DNA of 32,000 bases from Candidatus Saccharimonadota bacterium (GTDB lineage Archaea; Nanobdellota; Nanobdellia; Pacearchaeales; GW2011-AR1): assembly GCA_041659445.1 (NCBI GenBank), contig JBAZYG010000002.1, positions 30,001-62,000 on the forward strand. Direction: 5' to 3'. Numbering within the stretch: the stretch's first letter is position 1; the number at the start of each line of letters is the position of its first letter. Position numbers and translations under genes: made by a program. Shown piece after piece: positions 1-8,240 of the stretch. Under the pieces are notes generated by a model. That model was given only the letters and a program-made list of their open reading frames with translations. It had not been told where the DNA came from and ran no database searches.

Positions 1-285
1 TAGAGCAACAAATAACCTATAATCTCCTCCTGCAAAAAACCTTGAATAATATAAAGCATTTCCCAAAACAAAAAATATTGCTAAACCAATTAAACCATTA
101 TAAAAAAAATTTATTTCACTAAAACTCTCTCCTGAAAATAATGTATAAAAAAATCTAAAACCTAAAATAAAAATAATCAAAGAATAATTAATCCAACTAT
201 CAATTTCTCTTTTTTTAATATCTTGAATTAAAGCTAATAAAATCCAAATAAATCCAAAAACTAATAAAATTATTATTTCAAGCAT
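1..285 (-). CDS. Prepilin/preflagellin peptidase (A24 family, FlaK/PibD/EppA-like), N-terminal part only; the gene runs off the left edge
   Basis: Absent from the ORF track because there is no stop in the window. My translation of the minus strand from ATG at 285 is MLEIIILLVFGFIWILLALIQDIKKREIDSWINYSLIIFILGFRFFYTLFSGESFSEINFFYNGLIGLAIFFVLGNALYYSRFFAGGDYRLFVAL, open to base 1. It is a polytopic membrane protein with a first Asp motif (IQDIKKREI) and a second Asp in GGDxRL, the two-aspartate signature of A24 peptidases. It lies at the distal end of a prepilin cluster. Confidence 0.6.
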   Translation of the reverse strand, partial: MLEIIILLVFGFIWILLALIQDIKKREIDSWINYSLIIFILGFRFFYTLFSGESFSEINFFYNGLIGLAIFFVLGNALYYSRFFAGGDYRLFVAL

Positions 286-306
286 AAACTTAAATTAGAG
301 AAGATA

Positions 307-314
307 ATTTAAAA
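307..314 (-). promoter_or_regulatory. TATA-like box (TTTTAAAT on minus strand), -22..-29 from the peptidase ATG
   Basis: Same spacing as the other boxes listed for this window. Confidence 0.3.
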
Positions 315-447
315 TTATTTCTTTTTTAAAGAAATATCTGAACTTCTCAAAGCCCCTCCTTTTTTATAGGGATGCTTTTTTTTCTCTTTCTGTTTATCTT
401 TTCTTTTATTTCTTTTATCTCCAAAACAATAATCACTCATTTTAGAA

Positions 448-897
448 TTATTCAATTGAAACAATACATCTCTCAGAGTCTTGTAAACCAGTAACTAATG
501 CACTAACATCATATCCTGCTTCTTGAGAATTAACAACCCCGATTTGATTATTTATTTTAACTTGACTACAAGATAAACCACAATCAATATCACAAGGATT
601 TACACTATAAATTTCAAATTCACTTAATCCTGCTAAAACATAACAACTTGTTTTTACTTTATTTCCTTCTCCATCTTTTATATCTCTTTGAGTATTACAA
701 AAGTCATATTTACTTTGAATAGAACAAGCAGAATCACAAGTATTCACAACATTATCAACGTTACTTGATTTAATAAAAGGTGCAACTTTATCCCAACCCA
801 TTGTAAAACCAAGAATTAAAACAACTAAAACAATAAGTCCTAATATCAATAAAATTATTGTATTAGTACTCATACTTTGACCTCTTTTGTTATTCAT
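448..897 (-). CDS. Type IV pilin-like protein (class III signal peptide) with an 8-Cys C-terminal domain; candidate major subunit
   Basis: The N-terminus is MNNKRG|QSMSTNTIILLILGLIVLVVLILGF: a basic stretch, Gly, then about 20 hydrophobic residues. Eight Cys lie in the globular part. It has its own consensus TATA box. Confidence 0.6.
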   Translation of the reverse strand: MNNKRGQSMSTNTIILLILGLIVLVVLILGFTMGWDKVAPFIKSSNVDNVVNTCDSACSIQSKYDFCNTQRDIKDGEGNKVKTSCYVLAGLSEFEIYSVNPCDIDCGLSCSQVKINNQIGVVNSQEAGYDVSALVTGLQDSERCIVSIE

Positions 898-918
898 AAT
901 TAAATCAAGTTAAATTTA

Positions 919-926
919 TTTATAAA
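919..926 (-). promoter_or_regulatory. TATA box TTTATAAA, -22..-29 from ATG 897
   Basis: Palindromic consensus archaeal TATA in the 37-nt gap upstream of the last prepilin gene. Confidence 0.45.
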
Positions 927-934
927 TCTTATTA

Positions 935-1345
935 TTAGTTAAATGAGTATTCTAAAACATACTGAACATTTTTCTCTTCAATTTTTTCTGAAAAAAAGTC
1001 TTTTAATTTATTAAAAAAAGATTCTGGTTTAATTTTAGATATTTTAATTGTTTTTAAATTTTCATTAAAAGAAATTTCAAAAGAATATCCTTCATTTTCC
1101 AGAACTGAAAAATCTATCTTGCTTAAAATTTGGTCATTACTTAAATTCAAATTTTCATAATGTTCCCATTGGTCAACATAAATATTCATTGCTCTAATAT
1201 CATCTACAACTAAAAAAGAATTATTAAATTTAAATTGCGAAACAAAAAAAGTGATTAATGCAAAAGTACAAAGTGCGAATATTCCTATAACTAAAATTGT
1301 AATTGGAACACTTGCTTTTTTTGAGATTATTTTTCTATTTTTCAT
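935..1345 (-). CDS. Pilin-like protein (class III signal peptide)
   Basis: N-terminus MKNRKIISKKA|SVPITILVIGIFALCTFALITFFV. The start overlaps the upstream stop by 4 nt (ATGA). Confidence 0.5.
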   Translation of the reverse strand: MKNRKIISKKASVPITILVIGIFALCTFALITFFVSQFKFNNSFLVVDDIRAMNIYVDQWEHYENLNLSNDQILSKIDFSVLENEGYSFEISFNENLKTIKISKIKPESFFNKLKDFFSEKIEEKNVQYVLEYSFN

Positions 1346-1671
1346 TTTAAATTATTTATAACTGCATCAATATCTGCAGGATTTTCTTTTTCATTCTCCC
1401 ATTTTTTTAAATTATTATAAATTTCATTTTTAATTGTGGGATTTCCAATTGAGGAATATACATAAATTGATTTCATTAAAATCAAATTCCCATGTGAAGA
1501 AATTTCATCAGAAAAAACACCTTGCTTAGCAGTTATGAGAGTTTTACCCTCTGATAAAAGAGATGTTGCAAAAACAAATAAAAATAAAACCACTAGAATT
1601 ACTACTGTTGCAATTATCCAACTAATAGTATCTCCTACTTGAGCAGTTTTATTTTTTTTATAATTTAACAT
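1342..1671 (-). CDS. Pilin-like protein (class III signal peptide)
   Basis: N-terminus MLNYKKNKTA|QVGDTISWIIATVVILVVLFLFVF. It overlaps both neighbours, which suggests translational coupling. Confidence 0.5.
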   Translation of the reverse strand: MLNYKKNKTAQVGDTISWIIATVVILVVLFLFVFATSLLSEGKTLITAKQGVFSDEISSHGNLILMKSIYVYSSIGNPTIKNEIYNNLKKWENEKENPADIDAVINNLK

Positions 1672-2197
1672 TTTGTTCAGTTTTTCTCACAATTGTCAAA
1701 ATTTTAATTAAGTAAACATTATCTGATACATCTGAAGAATAAAAATTATTTTCAACACACTTTACAATTTTTTCGTGATCTTTGTCTTCCAAATAACAAT
1801 CACTTTTCCAATTAGGATTGCCTTTTGAAATATTAAAAACAGGATTTAAAGAATTTTTTCTATTATAAATATCTACTTTAAAATATTCTTGAATTTCTCC
1901 ATCTTCATTATAATCCAAATAAATTGAGCATTTCTCTAAAAATTTATCTTCAAATTCTTTTGAAAAACTTCCATTAGAAATTAATTGGGAATTTAATTTT
2001 CCTCCCTTATCAATGCAATCTGCAATTTTTTCAGACAAAATTTGAGATTCAACTTCACGAACATCATAAGGAGAATTGTAAAATGAATTTACCATCAAAA
2101 CAATTGCAGTAGCAACTAAAATCAAAACCAAAAACCAATAAATAGAAATTATTTTTTCTTCTCCAAGTTTATTCTTTCTTTCAATAAAATTTAACAT
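1658..2197 (-). CDS. Pilin-like protein (class III signal peptide)
   Basis: N-terminus MLNFIERKNKLG|EEKIISIYWFLVLILVATAIVLMV. A 2-nt gap separates it from the upstream gene. Confidence 0.5.
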   Translation of the reverse strand: MLNFIERKNKLGEEKIISIYWFLVLILVATAIVLMVNSFYNSPYDVREVESQILSEKIADCIDKGGKLNSQLISNGSFSKEFEDKFLEKCSIYLDYNEDGEIQEYFKVDIYNRKNSLNPVFNISKGNPNWKSDCYLEDKDHEKIVKCVENNFYSSDVSDNVYLIKILTIVRKTEQNVKL

Positions 2198-2199
2198 TT

Positions 2200-2598
2200 T
2201 TATTCTAATTTTTTATCAATAGTTATTATATAAAAAATCCCATCACTATAAGCATTAACTTTTGCATCATTAAAATAAGAATAACTATATCCTCCTTTTT
2301 CAGTTAATTTTACCGTGACTGAATGCGTAATTTCATCTATAAAAACAACATTACTAAAATCAACAGAATTTTTTTCTGCTATTTCTTTTGCATCTTGCAT
2401 ATTAATTTTAATTATCATACCAAGACTAGAAGAATCTATTATCAATGCAATTTTTTTTGAATAAACTTGTTCTAAACTAATTGCACCTGCACCTTGTTTA
2501 ATTAAAAATAAAATTAAAATTATTAAAAAAACCAAATTTAATATTATAAAAATAACATTTTCAACTAGAATTTCACCATTCTTTTTTTTATCAAACAT
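2200..2598 (-). CDS. Pilin-like protein (class III signal peptide)
   Basis: N-terminus MFDKKKNG|EILVENVIFIILNLVFLIILILFLI. A TATA-like TTTATTAA sits at 2620-2627. Confidence 0.55.
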   Translation of the reverse strand: MFDKKKNGEILVENVIFIILNLVFLIILILFLIKQGAGAISLEQVYSKKIALIIDSSSLGMIIKINMQDAKEIAEKNSVDFSNVVFIDEITHSVTVKLTEKGGYSYSYFNDAKVNAYSDGIFYIITIDKKLE

Positions 2599-2641
2599 AT
2601 TTTTAAGAATGATTTTTAATTAATAAAACTTTTTATAAAAA

Positions 2642-3568
2642 TTAAGAAAGAGTTTCTATGTTTTTACATCCAATAGAATTTAATTCTTCTGAAGGAGATT
2701 CTATTAAAGATGGCGGAATCATTTCTCCACCCCATGTAGATTGAACAACCGGTGCTAAAAAGTATGCCCCAGTTCCTGTAGCTGCAGAAGCCCCACCAAC
2801 AATTGCAAATGAAGCCCAAAGACTGGCACTTCCTGTAAAAGGAGCTAAAATAATCCCTGTTGCAATAATTCCCCCTCCAATAGCACCTCCGACAGCATAA
2901 CCTAATTTACTAACATCACTAGTAACTCCAATTAAAACTTTATATTGTTTATCTAAGTTTATTTTACCGAAAGAAACAGAACTAATATTTTCCAAATTTA
3001 AAAAAGAATTATAATTATTTGTTCCATATAAATATTCTGAATAAGTAATTTCTTTTTCATTCATTTTTGTTTCTGCTATATATTTGTAAAAATTTTCTTT
3101 ATCAAATTCCCCAGATTCAAAACCAGAAATTCCCTTAACACTATCATCAAAAGCTACTTGCGCGCAAAATGAACAATACATTTCTGGAAATGCTTCTTTT
3201 CCAATGTAATTTAATTCACCCTCGCCAAACATCCACCAACAATCAGATAATTCTAATGCAAGGGCTTGATAAACTTCATCAGATGTTTTTACTTTGACTT
3301 TTTCTGGTTTTAAAAATTGTTCACAAGTTCCATCTTTTGTAATACAAACATATTGTGTTTCACATTTTAAAGGAACAGATTCTGTAGGAATTAATTTATT
3401 TGATCTTAAAACAATTGAATTATGACAAACTTCTGCTTCGCTTTCTTGTCCTAAATTTAATTTAATTAAAAAATAAAGCAAGATTATAAAACTAAGAATT
3501 AAAATAATCAACAAAACAATTTGTTGTGTTGTAAGTTCTCCACGTTTATTCTTTTTATTATTCAACAT
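2642..3568 (-). CDS. Large pilin-like protein with a Cys-rich ectodomain and a C-terminal Gly-rich double hydrophobic segment
   Basis: The track ORF starts at 3583. I prefer Met6 (ATG at 3568), giving MLNNKKNKRG|ELTTQQIVLLIILILSFIILLYFLI. The C-terminus reads GYAVGGAIGGGIIATGIILAPFTGSASLWASFAIVGGASAATGTGAYFLAPVV. Confidence 0.55.
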   Translation of the reverse strand: MLNNKKNKRGELTTQQIVLLIILILSFIILLYFLIKLNLGQESEAEVCHNSIVLRSNKLIPTESVPLKCETQYVCITKDGTCEQFLKPEKVKVKTSDEVYQALALELSDCWWMFGEGELNYIGKEAFPEMYCSFCAQVAFDDSVKGISGFESGEFDKENFYKYIAETKMNEKEITYSEYLYGTNNYNSFLNLENISSVSFGKINLDKQYKVLIGVTSDVSKLGYAVGGAIGGGIIATGIILAPFTGSASLWASFAIVGGASAATGTGAYFLAPVVQSTWGGEMIPPSLIESPSEELNSIGCKNIETLS

Positions 3569-3569
3569 T

Positions 3570-3671
3570 TTACATTGCTCCAATTTTTCGTAAAAGTAAA
3601 TATATTCCTGCTAAAGCCAAAATGAATAATGCAATCCATAAAATATATTTTCCAACATCATCCAAATCCAT
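3570..3671 (-). CDS. Possible 33-aa single-TM micro-protein
   Basis: Absent from the track. My translation is MDLDDVGKYILWIALFILALAGIYLLLRKIGAM. The stop TAA (3570-3572) abuts the ATG at 3568 of the next gene, and the start overlaps the end of the upstream gene by 14 nt. Confidence 0.2.
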   Translation of the reverse strand: MDLDDVGKYILWIALFILALAGIYLLLRKIGAM

Positions 3672-4185
3672 ATTTTGTTACCTCTATTTTGTTATTTACT
3701 TTTTTAATTTGAATATTTGTAAAACCATTACTTAATTTTTCAATTGGAATTTCTTCAAAAGAATTTAAGTTTTCAATGATTAAACAAGTGCCGTCCTCAG
3801 AGCATTCTTTTTCTTGACGATTTTCTGCAGTATAAACAAGATAATCTTCTCTTACACTATCACAAATACAAAGACAATTTGAATTAGAACAAGAATCTGG
3901 TTTTCTAACATCTCCGACAAAACTGAAAATTGACCATTTTAGAGGAGAAATTTCATTTACTTTTCCAACAAATGTCGAATTATATTGAATCAAATTTATA
4001 TTTTCCGAAATTCTTTCAATAGTTGATTTTGCTTGTAAAAGTCTTTTTTGATCAATATTTGAAAAATAAATTGCAGAGAGCAACCAAACTAAAAGTATAA
4101 TTCCGATTAATCCTAAAACGATTTTAATTACTTCTGAAGCCAAAAGCATTCCATTTTTATTTTTCACATTAGATAATTTTTTCAT
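3658..4185 (-). CDS. Pilin-like protein (class III signal peptide), Cys-rich
   Basis: N-terminus MKKLSNVKNKNG|MLLASEVIKIVLGLIGIILLVWLL. It contains a CSNSNCLCICDS...ECSEDGTC cluster. ATGA overlap with the upstream small ORF. Confidence 0.55.
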   Translation of the reverse strand: MKKLSNVKNKNGMLLASEVIKIVLGLIGIILLVWLLSAIYFSNIDQKRLLQAKSTIERISENINLIQYNSTFVGKVNEISPLKWSIFSFVGDVRKPDSCSNSNCLCICDSVREDYLVYTAENRQEKECSEDGTCLIIENLNSFEEIPIEKLSNGFTNIQIKKVNNKIEVTKYGFG

Positions 4186-4355
4186 TTTAATAAATAAAGA
4201 ATATTTTGTAAAGAAGCATTTCCTCCTGTTGGAAGTCCTTTAAAAAATTCAATAAATTTATCTTTAAAAATAAAATAAACTCCCAAAACAACAGCCACAA
4301 CTAAAAAAACACCGAGAATTATTTTTATAACTTGTTCAATTGTAATTTCACTCAT
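4182..4355 (-). CDS. Small (57-aa) single-TM protein
   Basis: Absent from the track. My translation is MSEITIEQVIKIILGVFLVVAVVLGVYFIFKDKFIEFFKGLPTGGNASLQNILYLLK. It is tightly coupled on both sides. No basic or Gly cleavage motif is present. Confidence 0.35.
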   Translation of the reverse strand: MSEITIEQVIKIILGVFLVVAVVLGVYFIFKDKFIEFFKGLPTGGNASLQNILYLLK

Positions 4356-4356
4356 T

Positions 4357-4512
4357 TTATCTAAACCTAAAAAAATTTTTTATTTGTGTAATTGCATCAA
4401 TACCTTTTGCTTTTAAAACAATACTTCCTATTACTAAAATTACTAAAATTGCTATTGCAATCAAAATCCAGGGAAGATATTCTGAAACAGTTCCTCTTTT
4501 AATTTTTTTCAT
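4357..4512 (-). CDS. Small (51-aa) prepilin-like protein
   Basis: Absent from the track. My translation is MKKIKRG|TVSEYLPWILIAIAILVILVIGSIVLKAKGIDAITQIKNFFRFR. It has a class III-type KRG motif followed by a hydrophobic helix. Confidence 0.45.
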   Translation of the reverse strand: MKKIKRGTVSEYLPWILIAIAILVILVIGSIVLKAKGIDAITQIKNFFRFR

Positions 4513-4557
4513 TAATTATATTTATTAAAGAATGTTAATAAACTTTTTCAAATAGAA

Positions 4558-6726
4558 TTATACTAAATTACCTAGGACAACAGCACTAAGAATTGTTAAA
4601 GCCAAAATTGAAATTAAAGCAACAATAAAATACATTAAAATTCCCTTGTTTAAATTCAAACCTGTTCTATTTATTTTTTCTAATTTATCTTCCCCAGAAT
4701 CAATTATAACTAAAGTTGAAGTTAAAATAAAAATTACTTGAATTAAATAAATTCCGACAGAGATTTGTAAGAAATATGGAGAAATCATTGCAGTCATATC
4801 AAAAATATCTAAAACTCCAGACAAACCACCTAAAGAACTTACAGATTCATTACTTAATTGGGCTAAATTTAATTTACTTAAAATAGAAGTAATCATCGAC
4901 GCTAAACCCACAACAATTCCTGAAAGTAATGGTGCTAAAAAAGTCATATTACTTTTCATATCCGAAACAATTTCAGCAAGCATATCATTAAGTCTTGCAG
5001 TAATCTTGTTAATATTTTTAACATATTCAGAAATACTCATTAAACTAACTGCAGCAATTTTTAATCCTTTTTTACTTGATTCAATTAAAATTTTCATAGA
5101 AATAGAAATTAAACTAGAAGGATAAACATTTATTGCACCTTGTCGTTTATCAAAAATTGATTTTTCAACACTCATTCCCATTTGTTGAATATTATAATTT
5201 ACTTTTCTAAAGAAGTCTCCTGTAACTAAATTTTTTGAAGATTCTGCAACTTTTCCAAATGCTAATTCAGTAGGTGTTCCATTTCCTAAACGATTACCTA
5301 ATTGAAATAAAGAATTGTTAAATTCTTTTTCAAGTTCTTTTGTTTTTCTTCTTTCAACAATAAGTTCTTTTGTTTTATTTTTATATGCGCTTGCGAAAAA
5401 AATTGCAATTCCTAAAGGAAAAAACATTCCCAAAATTAATGAGCCAATTCCAAATGGGCCTTTAACTCCCGAAGCTGTTGTTATAAATCCAAAAAAAGGA
5501 GAATCTCCTAAGAAACTAATTCCTAATTGAGAAAAAGTATAATCTTTTTGCAAACCAATTAATTCTGGAAAACCTGTAAATTGAAAAATTAAAGGAATTA
5601 ATCCTATAATTAAAAAAGGTAATGCTAAAAAGAAAGCATTAGTATAATGTTTTTTCTGTCGATATTTTGGATATAAACGATTTCTTTCAAGTAAATTAAC
5701 TTCCCCATAACCTCCTGGTCTTAAAACTAAAACTTTATCAGTCAAATAAAAAACTAAAAAAGGCACAATCAAATTAAAAATAATAAAAACATGAACATAA
5801 TTAAAAAATTCTCCAATCATTGCAGAAGCTAAAGGAAGTAAAGCCAAACCTAAAGTTGGTAAAACAACTCCAAGCATATACACATTTGTCAAAGGAGCTC
5901 TAACATCATGAGTAAACTTTAACATTTTGTCATAAACACCTTCTAAAATAACTTGCAAAGATTTTTCAAGAGCGTCAATTCTTCGAGAATTATCTGGTTC
6001 AAATAAACTACTTTCAATTAAATGAAATGCTTCAATAAATTCTGTAGAATAATCTCTCCATGATTCAAGATAATTATCTAAACTTTCTTTTATTGTAGAA
6101 AATTTTCCGATTTCAACATCATAAAATATTTTTTTGAAATCCAATGCTAAAGGATAATCTAAGTGCTCAGAAGCAAATGCAATTGCTTTTTCTAAATTTG
6201 GAGTATGTCTCATGTAAACAACGACGTAAAGCACTGCTGGAACCATTTGACTACTTGCTTTAAGCCTCCATTTTTTAGCAAGTCTCTCAGGATAATTATT
6301 TAAAAAAGTAAATAAAAAAATTGAAAAGGAAATAATTAAAACAAAAAACAAAACAGGAAAATACTGGAAACCTCCTTTAACCAAAGCCACTGCAACAGAA
6401 ATTATTAATCCTAAAAAGAAAACTAAAATAAAAGACATCACAGCCAAACCAACAGCTTGCCAAGATTCAATATTCAAATGTGCAGATGAAATTGCCTTAC
6501 CTAATCTTAATTCATCTTTTGCAGAAGGTTTTATTTTAATTGATTTTCCAAGATTATTTGCCCATTTTTCATAACCTTTTAATTCAACAGAAAGTTCGTC
6601 TTTAAATTTTAAATAAGATTGACTATAATTTCCTGCATTTGATAAATTTGTAGTATTTATTGAATTTTCAATTTTAGAACTATATTTTTTTAGAACATCT
6701 TTTACATCTAAATTATCCCTAGGCAT
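4558..6726 (-). CDS. Type IV pilus/archaellum platform membrane protein (FlaJ/TadC/PilC-like, two T2SS-F-type cytoplasmic domains)
   Basis: A 722-aa polytopic protein with two helical soluble segments separated by TM bundles. The first is RLKASSQMVPAVLYVVVYMRHTPNLEKAIAFASEHLDYPLALDF. The second is LFQLGNRLGNGTPTELAFGKVAESS...SLISISMKILIESSKKG. It lies in the same cluster as the secretion ATPase and prepilins. An SD-like GTGAT sits 6-10 nt upstream of the ATG. Confidence 0.7.
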   Translation of the reverse strand: MPRDNLDVKDVLKKYSSKIENSINTTNLSNAGNYSQSYLKFKDELSVELKGYEKWANNLGKSIKIKPSAKDELRLGKAISSAHLNIESWQAVGLAVMSFILVFFLGLIISVAVALVKGGFQYFPVLFFVLIISFSIFLFTFLNNYPERLAKKWRLKASSQMVPAVLYVVVYMRHTPNLEKAIAFASEHLDYPLALDFKKIFYDVEIGKFSTIKESLDNYLESWRDYSTEFIEAFHLIESSLFEPDNSRRIDALEKSLQVILEGVYDKMLKFTHDVRAPLTNVYMLGVVLPTLGLALLPLASAMIGEFFNYVHVFIIFNLIVPFLVFYLTDKVLVLRPGGYGEVNLLERNRLYPKYRQKKHYTNAFFLALPFLIIGLIPLIFQFTGFPELIGLQKDYTFSQLGISFLGDSPFFGFITTASGVKGPFGIGSLILGMFFPLGIAIFFASAYKNKTKELIVERRKTKELEKEFNNSLFQLGNRLGNGTPTELAFGKVAESSKNLVTGDFFRKVNYNIQQMGMSVEKSIFDKRQGAINVYPSSLISISMKILIESSKKGLKIAAVSLMSISEYVKNINKITARLNDMLAEIVSDMKSNMTFLAPLLSGIVVGLASMITSILSKLNLAQLSNESVSSLGGLSGVLDIFDMTAMISPYFLQISVGIYLIQVIFILTSTLVIIDSGEDKLEKINRTGLNLNKGILMYFIVALISILALTILSAVVLGNLV

Positions 6727-6811
6727 TTTTAATCACTTCTTTTTATAGACAAAAATACTAATAAAAAATAATTAATAAATGTTTAGAATTAAAGAATTTA
6801 AAGTTAAAAAA

Positions 6812-8185
6812 TTATTTTGTAAATATATTCTTAATTTTTTGACCAAATGTAAAACCATTAGAACTTGAACTGTCTATTTCTTCTCCTTGTTGATTACTTC
6901 CTGGAACTTGATTAACAATGCATTTTGCCCCATAGTTTCCATAGCTCTTACAAATTTTTGATTCACTAACACAATCATAAACTTTTTCCCAGACTTCATA
7001 ATAAAAGTCTCCAACAATTGTTGGTATTTCTAAACCATCATAATTATTATTTGGATCATTAATTGCAATTGCTTGTTTTTTCACGCAATAATATTCAACA
7101 ATATAATCTCCTGATTCAATAGGACTATTTGATTCACTTCCATCAGAGCAAAAATCTTTTTTTAAAGTCCATGGAGAACCCTGATAAACACCGTCTCTAA
7201 AAGTAGTTCTTCCAGAAAGTAAATATGCATCACCATTTCCTTTATTTGCAAAAGAATCTGTTTCTTTGCATTCATTATATAATCCTATAATTGCACCACT
7301 ACTTCCAGCAGCATCAGTTTCTCCACTTTCAGTTGCTCCAGAATTATCATTCACATTTGTTTTTGTGAAAAAATTTCTAAATCTTTCTCTGAAAGTTAAT
7401 GTTGAAGTATCTGTATTTTGATTTTGTGCTTGTGCTTGAACATTTCCAGAACCATCAAGACATTTTGCACCTTGAACTCCAAAATCTTGACAATTGCAAG
7501 AATAAGTTTCTTGTTTTAATTCAAAAGTTCCGTCGTTGAGTTCATAACAATAATACTCATTAAGAATTGTCCCGCTTTCAGCAGGTTGTGCTTCTTCGCT
7601 TCCTGTACAATAATCTTTAGCTAATTTTTTGTATTGAGGGTTTTCCCAATAAGTTGTTCTACCATAAATATAAGGGGCATTTCCATTTCCCCCATTTGCA
7701 TAAGCATCTGTTTCATAACATCCAATATAAGTTCCTGTTAAAGAAACAGTTCCACTGCTCGGATTTGAAGAATCACTTTCTTTTTCCCCAGAAGCTACTA
7801 AACTTGAATCTGATTTTGAATCGCCCACAGGAACAAAAATACCTTCAATACAATAATAACTAGAACCACTTTGTTGGACTACAACAATTGCACGATTATT
7901 ATTATCACAAAAACCTTCATGAAGAGAAACATTTGATTCACAATAATCTGTAAAAGAATTCCAAGTCGCATTTTCATAATAACTAAGAGTTCCTTTTTCA
8001 AAATAATTTATTCCAGTATCATTATCTGTGCAAGAATCAGAACTAGCTTGTGGAATATCTGCTGATGTAACTTGTCCTGAAATTTTTCCCCAAAAATTAG
8101 AAAACCATCCAGCAGAAGCAAAAGAAATTATAAAGACGAATATAAATAAAAACAAGAATACATTTGCAAATTTTTTATTAATCAT
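6812..8185 (-). CDS. Secreted Cys-rich repeat protein (three copies of a C-x-[DE]-[ST/N]-D...YYC module); function unknown, adhesin-like
   Basis: It has a Sec-type signal peptide, MINKKFANVFLFLFIFVFIISFASA|GW. The modules span aa 52-112, 156-242 and 306-422, joined by Ser/Gly/Asp/Gln-rich linkers. Details are in the findings. Confidence 0.7.
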   Translation of the reverse strand: MINKKFANVFLFLFIFVFIISFASAGWFSNFWGKISGQVTSADIPQASSDSCTDNDTGINYFEKGTLSYYENATWNSFTDYCESNVSLHEGFCDNNNRAIVVVQQSGSSYYCIEGIFVPVGDSKSDSSLVASGEKESDSSNPSSGTVSLTGTYIGCYETDAYANGGNGNAPYIYGRTTYWENPQYKKLAKDYCTGSEEAQPAESGTILNEYYCYELNDGTFELKQETYSCNCQDFGVQGAKCLDGSGNVQAQAQNQNTDTSTLTFRERFRNFFTKTNVNDNSGATESGETDAAGSSGAIIGLYNECKETDSFANKGNGDAYLLSGRTTFRDGVYQGSPWTLKKDFCSDGSESNSPIESGDYIVEYYCVKKQAIAINDPNNNYDGLEIPTIVGDFYYEVWEKVYDCVSESKICKSYGNYGAKCIVNQVPGSNQQGEEIDSSSSNGFTFGQKIKNIFTK

Positions 8186-8206
8186 AATTTAATTAAAAAA
8201 ACAATC

Positions 8207-8214
8207 TATATAAA
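8207..8214 (-). promoter_or_regulatory. TATA box TTTATATA, -22..-29 from ATG 8185
   Basis: Consensus archaeal TATA on the minus strand in the 55-nt gap. Confidence 0.45.
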
Positions 8215-8240
8215 TATTTTTATTTTTCAATACCAAAAAT

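Noticed and set aside
315-440. A 41-aa very basic minus-strand ORF (MSDYCFGDKRNKRKDKQKEKKKHPYKKGGALRSSDISLKKK) between the last pilin and the prepilin peptidase.
   Set aside because: It has no TATA-like box at -22..-29 and no coupling to the upstream stop. The composition is what A-rich intergenic DNA yields, and the region also holds the peptidase promoter. It could be a real small basic protein, but I cannot support that.
5315-5530. Antisense ORFs from the track that lie fully inside longer, well-supported genes on the opposite strand. They are 5315..5530, 7654..7863, 11749..12000, 12889..13071, 13873..14145, 14758..14964, 15413..15598, 16476..16742, 16743..17057, 23063..23278, 23330..23581, 25221..25415, 27333..27518 and 30114..30359.
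   Set aside because: Each overlaps a gene with clear family motifs or strong membrane-protein character. Their products are low-complexity K/N/I/F/L-rich strings, as expected from the reverse complement of AT-rich coding sequence. None has a TATA-like box at the recurrent spacing.
6741-6748. CTATAAAA upstream of the platform gene as a promoter.
   Set aside because: It lies only 15-22 nt from the ATG, off the -22..-29 register seen elsewhere. An SD-like GTGAT 6-10 nt upstream fits internal translation initiation on a longer transcript better.
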